NCBI RefSeq assembly: GCF_014841125.1 | Contig: NZ_JACYTQ010000007.1 | Coordinates: forward strand, 203,257-267,256 | DNA length: 64,000 bases | Source of the DNA: Echinicola arenosa | GTDB lineage: Bacteria; Bacteroidota; Bacteroidia; Cytophagales; Cyclobacteriaceae | Reading direction: 5' to 3' | In this document: positions 19,842-30,243 of the stretch, piece by piece | Layout of the letters: every line of letters begins with the position of its first letter | How positions within the stretch are numbered: position 1 is the first letter of the stretch | Position numbers and translations under genes: made by a program | The notes under the pieces: model-generated | What the model saw: only the letters and a program-made list of their open reading frames with translations | Told to the model about the DNA's origin: nothing | Databases searched by the model: none

Positions 19842-20597
19842 ATGAAATTAAACCTATTAATCCCGATTGTTGCGGGAAGTCTATTGAGCATTCCAGCTCT
19901 GGCTCAGCACAAGCAAATTCAATTACCTCCAGAAGCAACAGAAGTATGGGAACCAGAACCTAGGAAAGTTACTCCTGGGGAAGAAAATCATCTACCGCCT
20001 TCTGATGCTATTGTTCTTTTTGATGGCAGTGATTTGAGTGCATGGAAAAGTTATAAAACCGGAGGTGATGCTGAATGGAGTGTGCATGATGGTATCTTTA
20101 CAGTGGCGGCTGGCAAAGGTGATATTGCCACTAAAGAGTCTTTTGGGGATGTGCAGGTACATATCGAATGGAAAGCACCAGATGTGGTGAAAGGAGACGG
20201 GCAAGGAAGAGGAAATAGTGGGCTATTCTTTATGGATCGCTATGAAGTACAGATTTTAGATTCCTATGATAATCGCACTTATTCTAATGGTCAAGCAGCT
20301 TCTTTATACAAAGAAGGTATACCTTTAGTAAATGCTACGCGACCTCACACAGAATGGAATACTTATGATGTGTTCTTTACAGCACCTAGGTTCAATGAGG
20401 ATGGCATGTTGATCAGACCTGCTTATGTAACGGTCATCCATAATGGTATTTTGGTACAAAATCATTATGAAGTAAAAGGCTCAACTGCGTATATCGGGGT
20501 TCACCAATATGAACCCCATGAAGCGGAGTTGCCAATCAAGTTACAGGACCATGGCAATCCGGTGAATTTTAGAAATATCTGGGTCAGGAAACTTTGA
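19842..20597 (+). CDS. DUF1080 (3-keto-disaccharide hydrolase-like, concanavalin-like fold) secreted protein
   Basis: Signal peptide MKLNLLIPIVAGSLLSIPALA; C-terminal ...DHGNPVNFRNIWVRKL is typical of the family. Confidence 0.65.
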   Translation: MKLNLLIPIVAGSLLSIPALAQHKQIQLPPEATEVWEPEPRKVTPGEENHLPPSDAIVLFDGSDLSAWKSYKTGGDAEWSVHDGIFTVAAGKGDIATKESFGDVQVHIEWKAPDVVKGDGQGRGNSGLFFMDRYEVQILDSYDNRTYSNGQAASLYKEGIPLVNATRPHTEWNTYDVFFTAPRFNEDGMLIRPAYVTVIHNGILVQNHYEVKGSTAYIGVHQYEPHEAELPIKLQDHGNPVNFRNIWVRKL

Positions 20598-20636
20598 TCT
20601 CGGACAATATTTAACCACTAACCCAAAAAAACAAAG

Positions 20637-21965
20637 ATGTCTTCAAGAAGAAAATTTTTGCAAAACTCCCTGCTGGCAACGGCAGCACTTTCTATTCCAA
20701 CTGTTTTATCCGCTAAAGACTTTGGGCAGTTTACACGGAAAATTGGAGCCAATGACCAAGTGAATGTCGGCCTTATCGGTGCCAATGGGATGGGCTGGTC
20801 CAATATGAATTCGTTTTTAAAAATGCCACAGGTCAATTGTGTGGCCATCGCGGATATTGACCAAAGCGTATTGGACAGGAGGGCTGCTGATGTTGAAAAG
20901 CAAAGGGGTAAGAAGCCAAAACTTTATAAGGATTATAGAAAAATGCTGGAAGATAAGGATATCGATGTGGTCATCATCGGTACGCCTGATCATTGGCATT
21001 GTTTGACTTTAATAGATAGCCTTGCTGCCGGAAAGCATGCTTATGTAGAGAAGCCATTGGCCAATTCAATCCAAGAATGTAACCTGATGGTCAAGGCGGC
21101 TGAGCGTTATGGCAAGTTAGTGCAGGTCGGCCAGTGGCAGCGAAGTGGCAGTCAATATGACGAAGCCATTGAATTTGTGAAATCTGGACAACTTGGAAAT
21201 ATCCGCTTGGTAAAATGTTGGGCTTATCAAGGTTGGATGAACCCTGTTCCGGTAAAACCCAATAGTACACCTCCAGCAGGAGTGGATTATAAAATGTGGC
21301 TGGGCCCGGCACCAGATCGAGCCTTTAACGAAAACCGTTTCCATTTTAATTTCCGTTGGTTTTGGGATTATGCCGGTGGGTTGATGACTGATTGGGGGGT
21401 ACATGAAATTGATATTGCCTTGTATGCTATGGGAGTTAGCGCACCGAAGTCCGTTATGGCATCTGGAGGAAAGCTAGCTTATCCAGATGACGCTTCAGAG
21501 ACACCTGATACCCTTCAGACAGTATATGAATACGATGGATTCAACATGCTGTGGGAGCATGCGACGGGTATTGATGGAGGAAATTATGGTTACACTGAAG
21601 GCATTGCTTTCATAGGAAATAATGCCACATTGGTGGTGAACAGAGGGGGATGGGAGATTATTGCCGAGCAAAAAAATGGAAAGCCTTTGATTGAAGGAAT
21701 GGCCAGAGTAAAGCCAGAGGGAAATGCCTTAGATCGGCATACAACCAATTTTGTAGAGGCAATCAAAGCTAATGATGCTTCGAAGCTTAATTGTGCAGTC
21801 CAAACAGGTAGTGTTGCTGCTATCAATGCACATATGGGGAACATTGCTTATAAGACTGGTAAGAAGATATACTGGGATGCTGAAAAGGGATTGTTTACTG
21901 ACCCTGAGGCAAACCAACTTGTAAATGCCAATTACCATAATGGCTGGGAATTACCTAAGGTATAA
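20637..21965 (+). CDS. Gfo/Idh/MocA-family oxidoreductase, Tat-secreted
   Basis: Tat signal MSSRRKFLQNSLLATAALS; Rossmann VGLIGANGMG; 442 aa. The pairing with a DUF1080 protein is common in Bacteroidota. Confidence 0.8.
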   Translation: MSSRRKFLQNSLLATAALSIPTVLSAKDFGQFTRKIGANDQVNVGLIGANGMGWSNMNSFLKMPQVNCVAIADIDQSVLDRRAADVEKQRGKKPKLYKDYRKMLEDKDIDVVIIGTPDHWHCLTLIDSLAAGKHAYVEKPLANSIQECNLMVKAAERYGKLVQVGQWQRSGSQYDEAIEFVKSGQLGNIRLVKCWAYQGWMNPVPVKPNSTPPAGVDYKMWLGPAPDRAFNENRFHFNFRWFWDYAGGLMTDWGVHEIDIALYAMGVSAPKSVMASGGKLAYPDDASETPDTLQTVYEYDGFNMLWEHATGIDGGNYGYTEGIAFIGNNATLVVNRGGWEIIAEQKNGKPLIEGMARVKPEGNALDRHTTNFVEAIKANDASKLNCAVQTGSVAAINAHMGNIAYKTGKKIYWDAEKGLFTDPEANQLVNANYHNGWELPKV

Positions 21966-22046
21966 GCGATAGCTATACCCCAAAAAGGCCACTTTGATTA
22001 AATTTAAAGTGGCCTTTTCATGTCAATGAAAAAACATGATTAAAAC

Positions 22047-22748
22047 TTACCATCCCAAGAAAATCATTCCAGCTCCACAGATGGCAATGGAAGCACCGGC
22101 AATAGGTGTCATGTATTTTTCTAACCAGGATGTTTTTACAAATTGATAACCTGAATATATTAATATGACTATGAGGACCATGGTCAAAACCGTAAAGATT
22201 AAGAATACAGAAATCAAAACCATGAAATTAAAAGAGGACTGTTGGACAGCGGGGTAGGTCAACAATGGAAATAACGATTCGCAAGGACCTAGCAGAAAGA
22301 TAATGAATAAGATCCAAGGGGTGACCTTTTGGCGATTTGTCGGATATATCATATTACTATGGTCATGCTCGTATACATAAACAGATCCATCGTCGTACAC
22401 ATCGAAATGCTTGTGTCTTTTTTCTCGATAAACACCATACATTCCATAAAGAAAATAGAGTAGCCCAAAGCCAAACAGTACCCAGCTGGCAAGACCGCCT
22501 CTCAGTTCATTCAGAACGTCAATTTTACCCAATGAAAATCCCAATCCAGCACCAATTAAAGCCAAGAGAACCGAAGCGAGCACGTGGGCAATGCCACAAA
22601 TGACTGTCCAAAACAGGATTTTTGGAAGTTTCCATCCTTTTGATTTACCTATGGCTATAAAAGGGATGTAATGATCCGGTCCTGAAACGGTATGCAGGAT
22701 GCTTATAGAGATAGCAGTTCCTAACAAAATGCTCAGTTCTGTTCCCAT
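22047..22748 (-). CDS. HupE/UreJ-like membrane protein (putative Ni2+ permease supporting urease)
   Basis: 233 aa polytopic membrane protein with an HTVSGPDH motif near the N-terminus and an internal His-rich loop (HKHFDVYDDGSVYVYEHDHSN). Last gene of the urease operon. Confidence 0.45.
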   Translation of the reverse strand: MGTELSILLGTAISISILHTVSGPDHYIPFIAIGKSKGWKLPKILFWTVICGIAHVLASVLLALIGAGLGFSLGKIDVLNELRGGLASWVLFGFGLLYFLYGMYGVYREKRHKHFDVYDDGSVYVYEHDHSNMIYPTNRQKVTPWILFIIFLLGPCESLFPLLTYPAVQQSSFNFMVLISVFLIFTVLTMVLIVILIYSGYQFVKTSWLEKYMTPIAGASIAICGAGMIFLGW

Positions 22749-23554
22749 AATTCTTTTATTGATTTGTTAATGATTTCGTCTTCACCAATTCGGATTTTAC
22801 TGAGGATTTGATAAAGCAATTCACCACTATTTCCCAATAACCTGATGACCAATGCGGATTGATTGAGAACAGAGATCCCAAATTCAATTTCTTTAACTCC
22901 TTCCAAAATTTGAGCAAAACTGGCCTTTTTAAGGTTTACATCTGCATTTGGTGTTATATAGAGTAGACAACCTTGATGGGTGAAGCCTTCATATAGCCCC
23001 ATATCTTGAACGTTTATTTTTTCAGGCATTAGGTAAAGGTTGTCTTTGAATATTAACCTTCCATCAACATACACTTGTGTGATGGCGTGATATTTGGTGA
23101 AAGTAAATTCTTCATTTTGATCCATGAATTTTCGGCCACAGGTAAGAATTTCTCCCCAGACCAAGGTACTGCTAGGTTTCAGATAAATGGTGTTTTCAGT
23201 TTTGTAATTGGCTCCCTTGTGGGGTACAGTGGGGTGGGGGACATAGCTAAAATAGGCTTCTTTTCCCACTTTTACATTCATTTTTTGAGTAGTACCCTTT
23301 TTAGAAACATAAATTCTTTGATAGGACTGTGTTTGAAGGTTAAGGGCGGAATGGTCGATTACCTCGATATTGATATCGTAATGATCATCATTGAGCATGC
23401 CTGGGGAAGAACTCATGACCATCACCTCAAGCAGTAAATCTTTCTTATTCTCCCTTACTTCCACCAGGTTAAAAGGAGGCGTAAAGTAAACGTCTTTAAG
23501 TATTGTATGCTGACGAAGTCCAGTTTTGAGATGATATTTTTCCATTAGCGCCAT
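22733..23554 (-). CDS. ureD: urease accessory protein UreD (UreH)
   Basis: Position after ureG in the ureABCEFGD order; 270-290 aa. Start set at the internal Met (MALMEKY...) to avoid a 60-nt overlap with ureG. Confidence 0.65.
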   Translation of the reverse strand: MALMEKYHLKTGLRQHTILKDVYFTPPFNLVEVRENKKDLLLEVMVMSSSPGMLNDDHYDINIEVIDHSALNLQTQSYQRIYVSKKGTTQKMNVKVGKEAYFSYVPHPTVPHKGANYKTENTIYLKPSSTLVWGEILTCGRKFMDQNEEFTFTKYHAITQVYVDGRLIFKDNLYLMPEKINVQDMGLYEGFTHQGCLLYITPNADVNLKKASFAQILEGVKEIEFGISVLNQSALVIRLLGNSGELLYQILSKIRIGEDEIINKSIKELWEQN

Positions 23555-24189
23555 AGTTCTGGTTCCACAGCATTTTCCTCGATCAAAGCATAACGCTGGA
23601 TCCATTGAATAATACTGTCCAAACCTGTGTCATTCATGAGGTTGGTAAAAACGAAAGGCTGTCCATTTCTCATTTTGCGGGAGTCATTTTCCATTACTTC
23701 CAAATTGGCATGAACCATAGCCGCCAAATCAATTTTATTGATGACCAAGAGGTCTGATCGGGTAATGCCCGGCCCTCCTTTTCTCGGGATTTTTTCCCCT
23801 TCAGCCACTGAGATGACAAAGATGGTGACATCAGCCAAATCTGGGCTGAAAGTAGCAGATAGGTTGTCTCCTCCGCTTTCAATAAATATTATTTCTACAT
23901 CAGGATGTCTGCTAACCATTTCATCTACTGCTTCCAAGTTCATGCTAGCGTCTTCTCGTATAGCTGTATGAGGACAGCCTCCAGTTTCTACACCAATGAT
24001 TCGGTCTTCTGGTAACAGGGAGTTTGTGGTCAAATAAAGGGCGTCTTCTTTGGTGTAAATATCATTGGTGATGACACCTATGCTGTAACCTTTGGCCATT
24101 CTTCTGGACAGCCTTTCGATTAAAGCAGTCTTTCCAGACCCAACTGGGCCTGCTATACCAATTTTAATGTATTTTCTTTCTTCTTTCAT
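23545..24189 (-). CDS. ureG: urease accessory GTPase UreG
   Basis: P-loop [20 protein letters not shown] metal motif (GGCPHTAI). Start chosen at [15 protein letters not shown]; the longer ORF uses a non-ATG start. Confidence 0.9.
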   Translation of the reverse strand: MKEERKYIKIGIAGPVGSGKTALIERLSRRMAKGYSIGVITNDIYTKEDALYLTTNSLLPEDRIIGVETGGCPHTAIREDASMNLEAVDEMVSRHPDVEIIFIESGGDNLSATFSPDLADVTIFVISVAEGEKIPRKGGPGITRSDLLVINKIDLAAMVHANLEVMENDSRKMRNGQPFVFTNLMNDTGLDSIIQWIQRYALIEENAVEPELWR

Positions 24190-24199
24190 AGCTAAATGA

Positions 24200-24925
24200 T
24201 TAAGACATGTAAAGCCTTGAATATAGGTTTTCATGCTGCATACTTCTGATATCAAAAGCAGGGTTACAAAGACCCAGCATTTCAAGATCAAGGTTCAGAA
24301 TATCCTTGGTAACTTCCTGGATCATGGTGTGGGTACCGAAAAGAATTCTTTGTCCATCCATTTGTCCTAAAGGAACCAGCTTAACCGCATTGGTCATCAT
24401 GGCTACTGTGGCATTGTAAAGGAATGAAGCTATGGCATCTTGCATTGGAATTTCTAACAGAGCAGTGATCAGCCCATATACCACAGGAAAATACCCATAT
24501 GCGGACTTTTCTTTGACTTGGTGCTGGAACTCCTCAAGAAGGGAGGAGTCAATAAATTCAATATAGATTTTTAATAGCCTTGTCCCCATCTTTACACTTG
24601 CCTCTCTGATTTCCATAGGGGATTTCAGTGCATGACTTTCAATATCCAAAGCGACCAGTTTCTCAATGTCTTTGGCAGAAGTATATGCATGGGCTAGACT
24701 TACCAAGAAGCCATCATTGTATTTGTAGTTGTTTTCTAGCATGGCTTTGATGAACTTTATGGTGCTTTGGACATCTTTGACCAGACCTTGCTGCACGTAA
24801 GTCTCCAGTCCATTGGAGTGAGAAAAGCCACCAACAGGCAGCGTTGGATCCGCGATATGCAGAATATGAAGCAATTGACCACCCGAATGGGTATAAGTTA
24901 AATTTTTATTTTTCTTGATGCCCAT
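24200..24925 (-). CDS. ureF: urease accessory protein UreF
   Basis: 241 aa helical protein between ureE and ureG. Confidence 0.7.
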   Translation of the reverse strand: MGIKKNKNLTYTHSGGQLLHILHIADPTLPVGGFSHSNGLETYVQQGLVKDVQSTIKFIKAMLENNYKYNDGFLVSLAHAYTSAKDIEKLVALDIESHALKSPMEIREASVKMGTRLLKIYIEFIDSSLLEEFQHQVKEKSAYGYFPVVYGLITALLEIPMQDAIASFLYNATVAMMTNAVKLVPLGQMDGQRILFGTHTMIQEVTKDILNLDLEMLGLCNPAFDIRSMQHENLYSRLYMS

Positions 24926-24929
24926 TAGG

Positions 24930-25433
24930 TTATTCTTTAGTGGTCAATTCCAGAATCTTGGAGAAAAGGGATCCTCCTTGCTTGCCATGGGAATGATCCA
25001 CATTGGCTTTTAGCATGTTCAATAGTTTGCAATGGGTTTTAGTAACTTGATATCCTGTGGCAATCAGCAATCTCTCAAGTGGTTTTTCGTACGGAACCAA
25101 TACTTTATCATCCTGAATAAAGAGTGGTAAATGCTTATTGCCTATTTCATAGCAAATGGTACCCATTTCATACATTGACCTCGGGGTGATCTCAATGGCA
25201 TCACAAGGTGAAATACTAACTACGATCAATTTGGTCTCATCCTCAAAAAGAATGTCACCTTCCAAAAGTCGGCTGCCTTCTCTGAGGAATTTTATAGCCA
25301 CCTCAGTGCCTGTGTCAGTTGTTTTGCGCAAAATACGTTTTGGGGCTTCAAACCATTCCAATTTTAATTCTTCGACCTTTTTGTTGTCAATGGGATATGA
25401 GGAAAGATTGCCTAAGACTTGTTTGCAGATCAT
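24930..25433 (-). CDS. ureE: urease accessory protein UreE (Ni metallochaperone)
   Basis: 167 aa with a His-containing C-terminus (NVDHSHGKQ), between ureC and ureF. Confidence 0.7.
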   Translation of the reverse strand: MICKQVLGNLSSYPIDNKKVEELKLEWFEAPKRILRKTTDTGTEVAIKFLREGSRLLEGDILFEDETKLIVVSISPCDAIEITPRSMYEMGTICYEIGNKHLPLFIQDDKVLVPYEKPLERLLIATGYQVTKTHCKLLNMLKANVDHSHGKQGGSLFSKILELTTKE

Positions 25434-25457
25434 ATTTAGGGATTGGGTGATATGATA

Positions 25458-27185
25458 TCAAAATAGGAAATAACGTTGTGCCAGAGGGAGTACTTCTAAA
25501 GGTTCACAAGTAATTACCTTACCCTCAACGGAAACTTCATAGTTTTCTGGATTGACTTCTATAACCGGGGTCTTGTCGTTATGGATCAGGTCTTTTTTTC
25601 CAATGTTTCTACAACCCTCTACGGGCACAACCTCTTTTTTTAACCCATATTTTTCTTTGATGTTGTTTTCCAATCCTGCTTTAGAGATGAAAGTGACAGA
25701 GGTTTTTTCAAGGGCGCTGCCATGGGCTCCAAACATATTCCGCATGATTACAGGTTGAGGGGTAGGGATGGAGGCGTTGGGGTCTCCCATTTTGCTGGCG
25801 GTGATCATTCCACCCTTAATTACCATTTCTGGTTTTGCCCCAAAGAAAGCAGGCTTCCACAGTACCAGGTCAGCTATCTTTCCCGATTCTATGGAACCGA
25901 CATGTTTAGCGATTCCATGAGAAATAGCGGGGTTGATGGTGTATTTGGCAATGTATCTTTTGACCCTGAAGTTGTCCGCTTGAAGCTCTCGGTCTTCAGG
26001 AAGGAAACCTTGTTGAATTTTGTTTTTATGTGCAGTTTGCCAGGTTCTGGTAATGACTTCACCCACTCTGCCCATGGCCTGAGAATCAGAACTCATCATA
26101 CTGAATACGCCCATATCATGGAGGATGTCCTCCGCTGCGATGGTCTCCTTTCGAATTCTTGAGTCTGCAAAGGCAACATCTTCCGGGATAGATTTGCTCA
26201 AATGATGACAGACCATCAACATGTCTAAATGCTCATCAATGGTGTTTTTGGTGTACGGACGGGTAGGGTTGGTCGAGCTGGGTAATACATTGGGAAATGA
26301 AGATATTTTAATGATGTCCGGAGCATGCCCCCCACCGGCCCCTTCAGTATGGAAGGTATGGATGGTTCTTCCTTTAATGGCATTTACAGTATCCTCAAGA
26401 AAACCAGCTTCATTAAGGGTGTCTGTATGGATAGCAATTTGCACATCGAATTCATCTGCTACTTTCAGTGAAGCATCTATCACAGCAGGCGTCGCGCCCC
26501 AATCTTCATGGATTTTAAGTCCGAGAGCTCCGGCTTCTACCTGCTCTTTGAGTGGGGCTAGGGTACTGCAATTTCCTTTTCCAAAAAATCCCAAATTCAT
26601 AGGGTAATGGTCGGCTGCTTCCAGCATTTTTTGGATATTCCATGCTCCAGGTGTGACGGTGGTGGCATTGGTGCCATCGGCAGGGCCAGTACCTCCGCCG
26701 ATCATGGTAGTGATGCCGCTAAACAGTGCATGTTCTATTTGTTGGGGACAAATAAAATGGATATGAGCATCTATTCCTCCTGGAGTCAGGATATGTCCTG
26801 CTCCGGAGTGAACCTCGGTTGAAGCTCCTATGATCAAGTCAGAATGCACTCCGGACATGGTGTCTGGGTTACCAGCTTTTCCTACACCGACTATTTTACC
26901 ATCCTTGATCCCTACATCTCCTTTTACTATTCCCCAATGGTCAATGATGATGACATTAAGAATGACAAAATCCAATACGCCTTCATTTCGAATATTGGTA
27001 GAGGCTTGAGACATTCCGTCACGTACGGTTTTTCCTCCTCCAAACATACTTTCTTCACCATAATGTTCGCTGTTGAAGTCTTTTTCGATTTCAATAAATA
27101 ATTCTGTATCCCCTAGTCTTATTTTGTCACCTGCCGTTGGGCCATAGATATTGGCATATTTAATCCTCTTGACTTTAAAGCTCAT
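25458..27185 (-). CDS. ureC: urease alpha subunit
   Basis: 575 aa; [32 protein letters not shown]...; active-site region MVCHHL... Confidence 0.95.
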   Translation of the reverse strand: MSFKVKRIKYANIYGPTAGDKIRLGDTELFIEIEKDFNSEHYGEESMFGGGKTVRDGMSQASTNIRNEGVLDFVILNVIIIDHWGIVKGDVGIKDGKIVGVGKAGNPDTMSGVHSDLIIGASTEVHSGAGHILTPGGIDAHIHFICPQQIEHALFSGITTMIGGGTGPADGTNATTVTPGAWNIQKMLEAADHYPMNLGFFGKGNCSTLAPLKEQVEAGALGLKIHEDWGATPAVIDASLKVADEFDVQIAIHTDTLNEAGFLEDTVNAIKGRTIHTFHTEGAGGGHAPDIIKISSFPNVLPSSTNPTRPYTKNTIDEHLDMLMVCHHLSKSIPEDVAFADSRIRKETIAAEDILHDMGVFSMMSSDSQAMGRVGEVITRTWQTAHKNKIQQGFLPEDRELQADNFRVKRYIAKYTINPAISHGIAKHVGSIESGKIADLVLWKPAFFGAKPEMVIKGGMITASKMGDPNASIPTPQPVIMRNMFGAHGSALEKTSVTFISKAGLENNIKEKYGLKKEVVPVEGCRNIGKKDLIHNDKTPVIEVNPENYEVSVEGKVITCEPLEVLPLAQRYFLF

Positions 27186-27556
27186 ACATTTTCAGTTTTA
27201 AAATTTTTTGATTTGATTTTTTGCATGGCTTTGTCAAGGCTATTGGAAGATTGGGTGTCTCCTTGGGTAAGGTTATTGGCACCATAGGCCTTTTGAGCAC
27301 CGCTAAGTGGGATTAAGCTTACTTCAGTGCTTTCACCTGGCTCAAACCGTCTTGCTGTTCCTGCCAGGATATCCATGCGTTTTCCAAATGCTTTTGAACG
27401 ATCAAATGAAATGGCTTTGTTGACTTCAAAGAAATGAAAGTGCGAGCCAACCTGGATGGGGCGATCACCAGTGTTGGTGACTTCTATTGAAATGCTTGTA
27501 TGCTGGGCATTACAGACTATAGGTTCATCTTTTAAGATATATTCTCCTGGTATCAT
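27182..27556 (-). CDS. ureB: urease beta subunit
   Basis: 124 aa [17 protein letters not shown]... Confidence 0.9.
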   Translation of the reverse strand: MIPGEYILKDEPIVCNAQHTSISIEVTNTGDRPIQVGSHFHFFEVNKAISFDRSKAFGKRMDILAGTARRFEPGESTEVSLIPLSGAQKAYGANNLTQGDTQSSNSLDKAMQKIKSKNFKTENV

Positions 27557-27578
27557 GGTGTTGTGATTTGTGTGGTTT

Positions 27579-27881
27579 TTAGCGGATAGGATTGTGTACG
27601 GTCACCAGTTTAGTTCCATCTGGGAAGGTAGCTTCAATTTGTACATCATGGATCATTTCTGCTACCCCTTCCATTACATCTTCCTTCGTGAGAAAGGTGG
27701 CTCCAATCTGCATGAGTTCTGCAACAGACTTTCCATCTCGAGCCATTTCGTGCAATCGTGCACTTATGAGCGCAATGGACTCAGGATAGTTTAATTTTAC
27801 ACCTCTGGCTTTTCTTTTTTCAGCCAATTCACCGGCAAGGAAGAGCATGAGTTTTTCAGTTTCTCTGGGGGTGAGCTTCAT
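27579..27881 (-). CDS. ureA: urease gamma subunit
   Basis: 100 aa [34 protein letters not shown]... Confidence 0.9.
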   Translation of the reverse strand: MKLTPRETEKLMLFLAGELAEKRKARGVKLNYPESIALISARLHEMARDGKSVAELMQIGATFLTKEDVMEGVAEMIHDVQIEATFPDGTKLVTVHNPIR

Positions 27882-28103
27882 AAAATATTAAAAGTTTAAT
27901 GGATATAGTATTAGTAGTACTAGGTTAATACTATTAAGATAATCCTAATTTGGGAACTAAGGAAATGTGTAACTGTGGAAAAATGGTAGAAAACAAAATG
28001 GATAATTCGTTAATCTTACACAAAAAAGTAAAAAGGGGGCGAATAAGCTGTTCTTTTTTGAAAAAGGATGATCAGAAAGGGGATAGTAGGTTAGGAGTTG
28101 TTG

Positions 28104-28856
28104 CTACAACTTCTTTTTTAACTTCATAAACTCCTGTTCCAAAAAAGCTAACTTTTCTTCGATTTCTACATTACTTTCAAGGGCTTTTTTGGCAAAGGTG
28201 AATTTGATGAGCCACAGTTCTTTAATCTCAGATAAGTTGAGGTATAAATCATCTATATTTCTATTGGCTGCCCTTAAAGTAACTGTGTTGCCAGAAAGAA
28301 AAAATTTCCTTAAGACCAATTGACTACTAGTGACAATCAGAACCAATTCGCCATTTTCTATTTTATGATAATCTTCATGATCAACGAACTCACCTAGGAC
28401 CATGTCTTTTGGTAGCAAACCTTTATCATGGTTGGTCATCTCAAGATTGGAAATAATATACCCTCGATATCTTTTGGTATCAGTAATGGGAACTTGGATG
28501 ACAGGCAAATCTTCGATGAAGTGCGGTTTGTCATGGAATTTGATATAATCTACTTCATTGTTGGAGGTGATGCAAGGGATTTTTGGGAAGCTGTCCTTTT
28601 GATTGATTCCGTGCAAGGTGAGGTCCCCTTTGAATTTCAGTAGTTTGTTGACGGTAAGCTCAGTAGTCAATAGATCATCAATAGATATGCTAAAGTAATT
28701 AGCAATTTTGATGATTGTTTCTAATTTTGGTTCGCTTCTACCTTCTTCATATGCACCCAAAGTGCCTCTTTTTAATTCGAAAAGCTCAGCGAAAGCTTGT
28801 TGGCTAAGCTTTTTAACATTTCTGATTTTCCTAATATTTTTACCAAAATTTGACAT
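28104..28856 (-). CDS. XRE-family HTH regulator with C-terminal LexA/S24-like (or cI-like) domain; putative repressor of the divergent psp-flotillin operon
   Basis: N-terminal HTH IRKIRNVKKLSQQAFAELFELKRGTLGAYEEGRSEPKLETIIKIANYFSISIDDL. ~250 aa with a beta-rich C-terminal half, divergent from the 29118-33044 operon. The catalytic Ser/Lys dyad was not confidently identified. Confidence 0.55.
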   Translation of the reverse strand: MSNFGKNIRKIRNVKKLSQQAFAELFELKRGTLGAYEEGRSEPKLETIIKIANYFSISIDDLLTTELTVNKLLKFKGDLTLHGINQKDSFPKIPCITSNNEVDYIKFHDKPHFIEDLPVIQVPITDTKRYRGYIISNLEMTNHDKGLLPKDMVLGEFVDHEDYHKIENGELVLIVTSSQLVLRKFFLSGNTVTLRAANRNIDDLYLNLSEIKELWLIKFTFAKKALESNVEIEEKLAFLEQEFMKLKKKL

Positions 28857-28885
28857 TTATTGCTAAAATAATTTGCATATAAAAA

Positions 28886-28900
28886 TCTATTGCGTATATT
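28886..28900. promoter_or_regulatory. candidate operator half-site (TATACGCAATA-like, inverted relative to the 29075-29093 site)
   Basis: CTATTGCGTATAT is the reverse-complement-like partner of TATACGCGAATA, 180 bp away in the divergent promoter region. Confidence 0.2.
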
Positions 28901-29074
28901 TATCTAACAATATTAGCGAATTGTATCGGTAAATACTAATGTGTTTAACAGTAAAATGAATTTTGAGCCAGTTTTTTGTATTTGTGCTAACAAAATTAGA
29001 TAGCGTAATGGGGTTAGATTTAATTTGTTAGTTATAGAGTACTTGAAAAGGACTTAAAATAGCCAGATTTTCGT

Positions 29075-29093
29075 ATTATTATACGCGAATAAT
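29075..29093. promoter_or_regulatory. candidate operator: inverted repeat ATTAT-ACGCGA-ATAAT immediately upstream of the psp-flotillin operon
   Basis: TATTATACGCGAATAAT, ~25 nt upstream of the ATG at 29118. Confidence 0.25.
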
Positions 29094-29117
29094 TTTATCA
29101 ACTTAAATCATTTTGAA

Positions 29118-29513
29118 ATGAAAGATCACTTTCAGATAACAAAAGACTTTTTACTTGAACTTAATTTTGATGTTGTCTTCGAAAATAAGGATGAAGGAAT
29201 ATTGATGGTTCATAAGGAGAATTTTGGTATAAAGAATTTAATCCTCGGTGTAGCCCCACCAATTTTAATAATGGAGCAGTTTCTTTTTAAGATCAATAAT
29301 CAATCTGATAAGATATATAAGAACCTACTCCAAAAGAACAGGGATATCATTCATGGTGCTTTTGTTTTAGATGAGTCAGGTAAAAAGGTGATTTTCAGGG
29401 ATACATTGCAGATTGAAAATATGGACCTAAATGAACTTGAAGGGTCACTGAATAGCCTGAGTTTATTAATGAGTGAGTATTCAGAACAAATAATTGAGTT
29501 TTCTAAATATTAA
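29118..29513 (+). CDS. small cytoplasmic protein, possibly YbjN/T3SS-chaperone-like fold; first gene of the psp-flotillin operon
   Basis: 131 aa, acidic, mixed alpha/beta composition, 12 nt upstream of pspA. The family assignment is a guess from size and composition. Confidence 0.45.
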   Translation: MKDHFQITKDFLLELNFDVVFENKDEGILMVHKENFGIKNLILGVAPPILIMEQFLFKINNQSDKIYKNLLQKNRDIIHGAFVLDESGKKVIFRDTLQIENMDLNELEGSLNSLSLLMSEYSEQIIEFSKY

Positions 29514-29524
29514 ATATTAATGAC

Positions 29525-30241
29525 ATGAACATTTTTAAACGATTATTCAAAATAGGAGAGGCTGAAGCCAATGCAGCCATTGATAAAATGGAAGACCCTA
29601 TCAAGTTGACGGAGCAAGGAATCCGTGATCTTAGAGAGGACCTCAACAAAAATATGGAAGCCCTTGCCCAAGTAAAAGCTTTGGCCATTAGAGCAAAGAA
29701 TGACCAAGAGGGCTATATAGAAAAGAAAGAGGATTATCATAATAAGGCGGTGCTGATCCTGAAAAAGGTTCAACAGGGAAGTATGGATGCGACAGAGGGA
29801 GACAGACTTGCTAAAGAAGCGTTGTTGAAGAAAGAGGAGATGCAGCAGCATGTTGCCAGGACTGAAGGGGAGGCGAACAAATTCAATGACAATGTGGCTC
29901 AACTTGAAAAAAACATTCAAACTATCAAATCCAGTATTGGCAATTGGGAGAATGAGCTCAGTACTTTGAAGGCAAGGGTAAAGGTCAGTAAGGCCACCAA
30001 AAGTCTGAATAAGCAAATGGCCGAAATTGATAGCAGCAGCACTGTTTCCATGCTTGAAAGAATGAAGGAAAAGGTTGCCCAAGAAGAAGCGCTGGCTGAA
30101 GCTTATGGTGAAATTGCTGGAGCTTCTAAAACGATCGATGATGAATTGGAAAAAGCCGCAAGTTCTTCAGAAGTCAAAGCAGAGGATGACTTGAGCAAAC
30201 TTAAAAATCAATTGGGGTTTAACGAAGATAAAAATACCTGA
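29525..30241 (+). CDS. pspA: PspA/IM30/Vipp1-family protein (bacterial ESCRT-III superfamily)
   Basis: MNIFKRLFKIGEAEANAAIDKMEDPIKLTEQGIRDLREDLNKNMEALAQVKA... aligns by eye with the E. coli PspA N-terminus ([40 protein letters not shown]...). 238 aa, all-helical. Confidence 0.85.
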   Translation: MNIFKRLFKIGEAEANAAIDKMEDPIKLTEQGIRDLREDLNKNMEALAQVKALAIRAKNDQEGYIEKKEDYHNKAVLILKKVQQGSMDATEGDRLAKEALLKKEEMQQHVARTEGEANKFNDNVAQLEKNIQTIKSSIGNWENELSTLKARVKVSKATKSLNKQMAEIDSSSTVSMLERMKEKVAQEEALAEAYGEIAGASKTIDDELEKAASSSEVKAEDDLSKLKNQLGFNEDKNT

Positions 30242-30243
30242 TC

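Noticed and set aside
22733-23605. Long form of ureD (290 aa) overlapping ureG by ~60 nt; long forms of ureG (TTG start), the FAH gene at 50977, blaI at 60465, the S41 peptidase at 39799 and ACR3 at 53813
   Set aside because: The N-terminal extensions lack family features and create gene overlaps. Internal Met starts that restore typical N-termini or signal peptides were preferred. Exact starts remain uncertain without ribosome profiling or proteomics.
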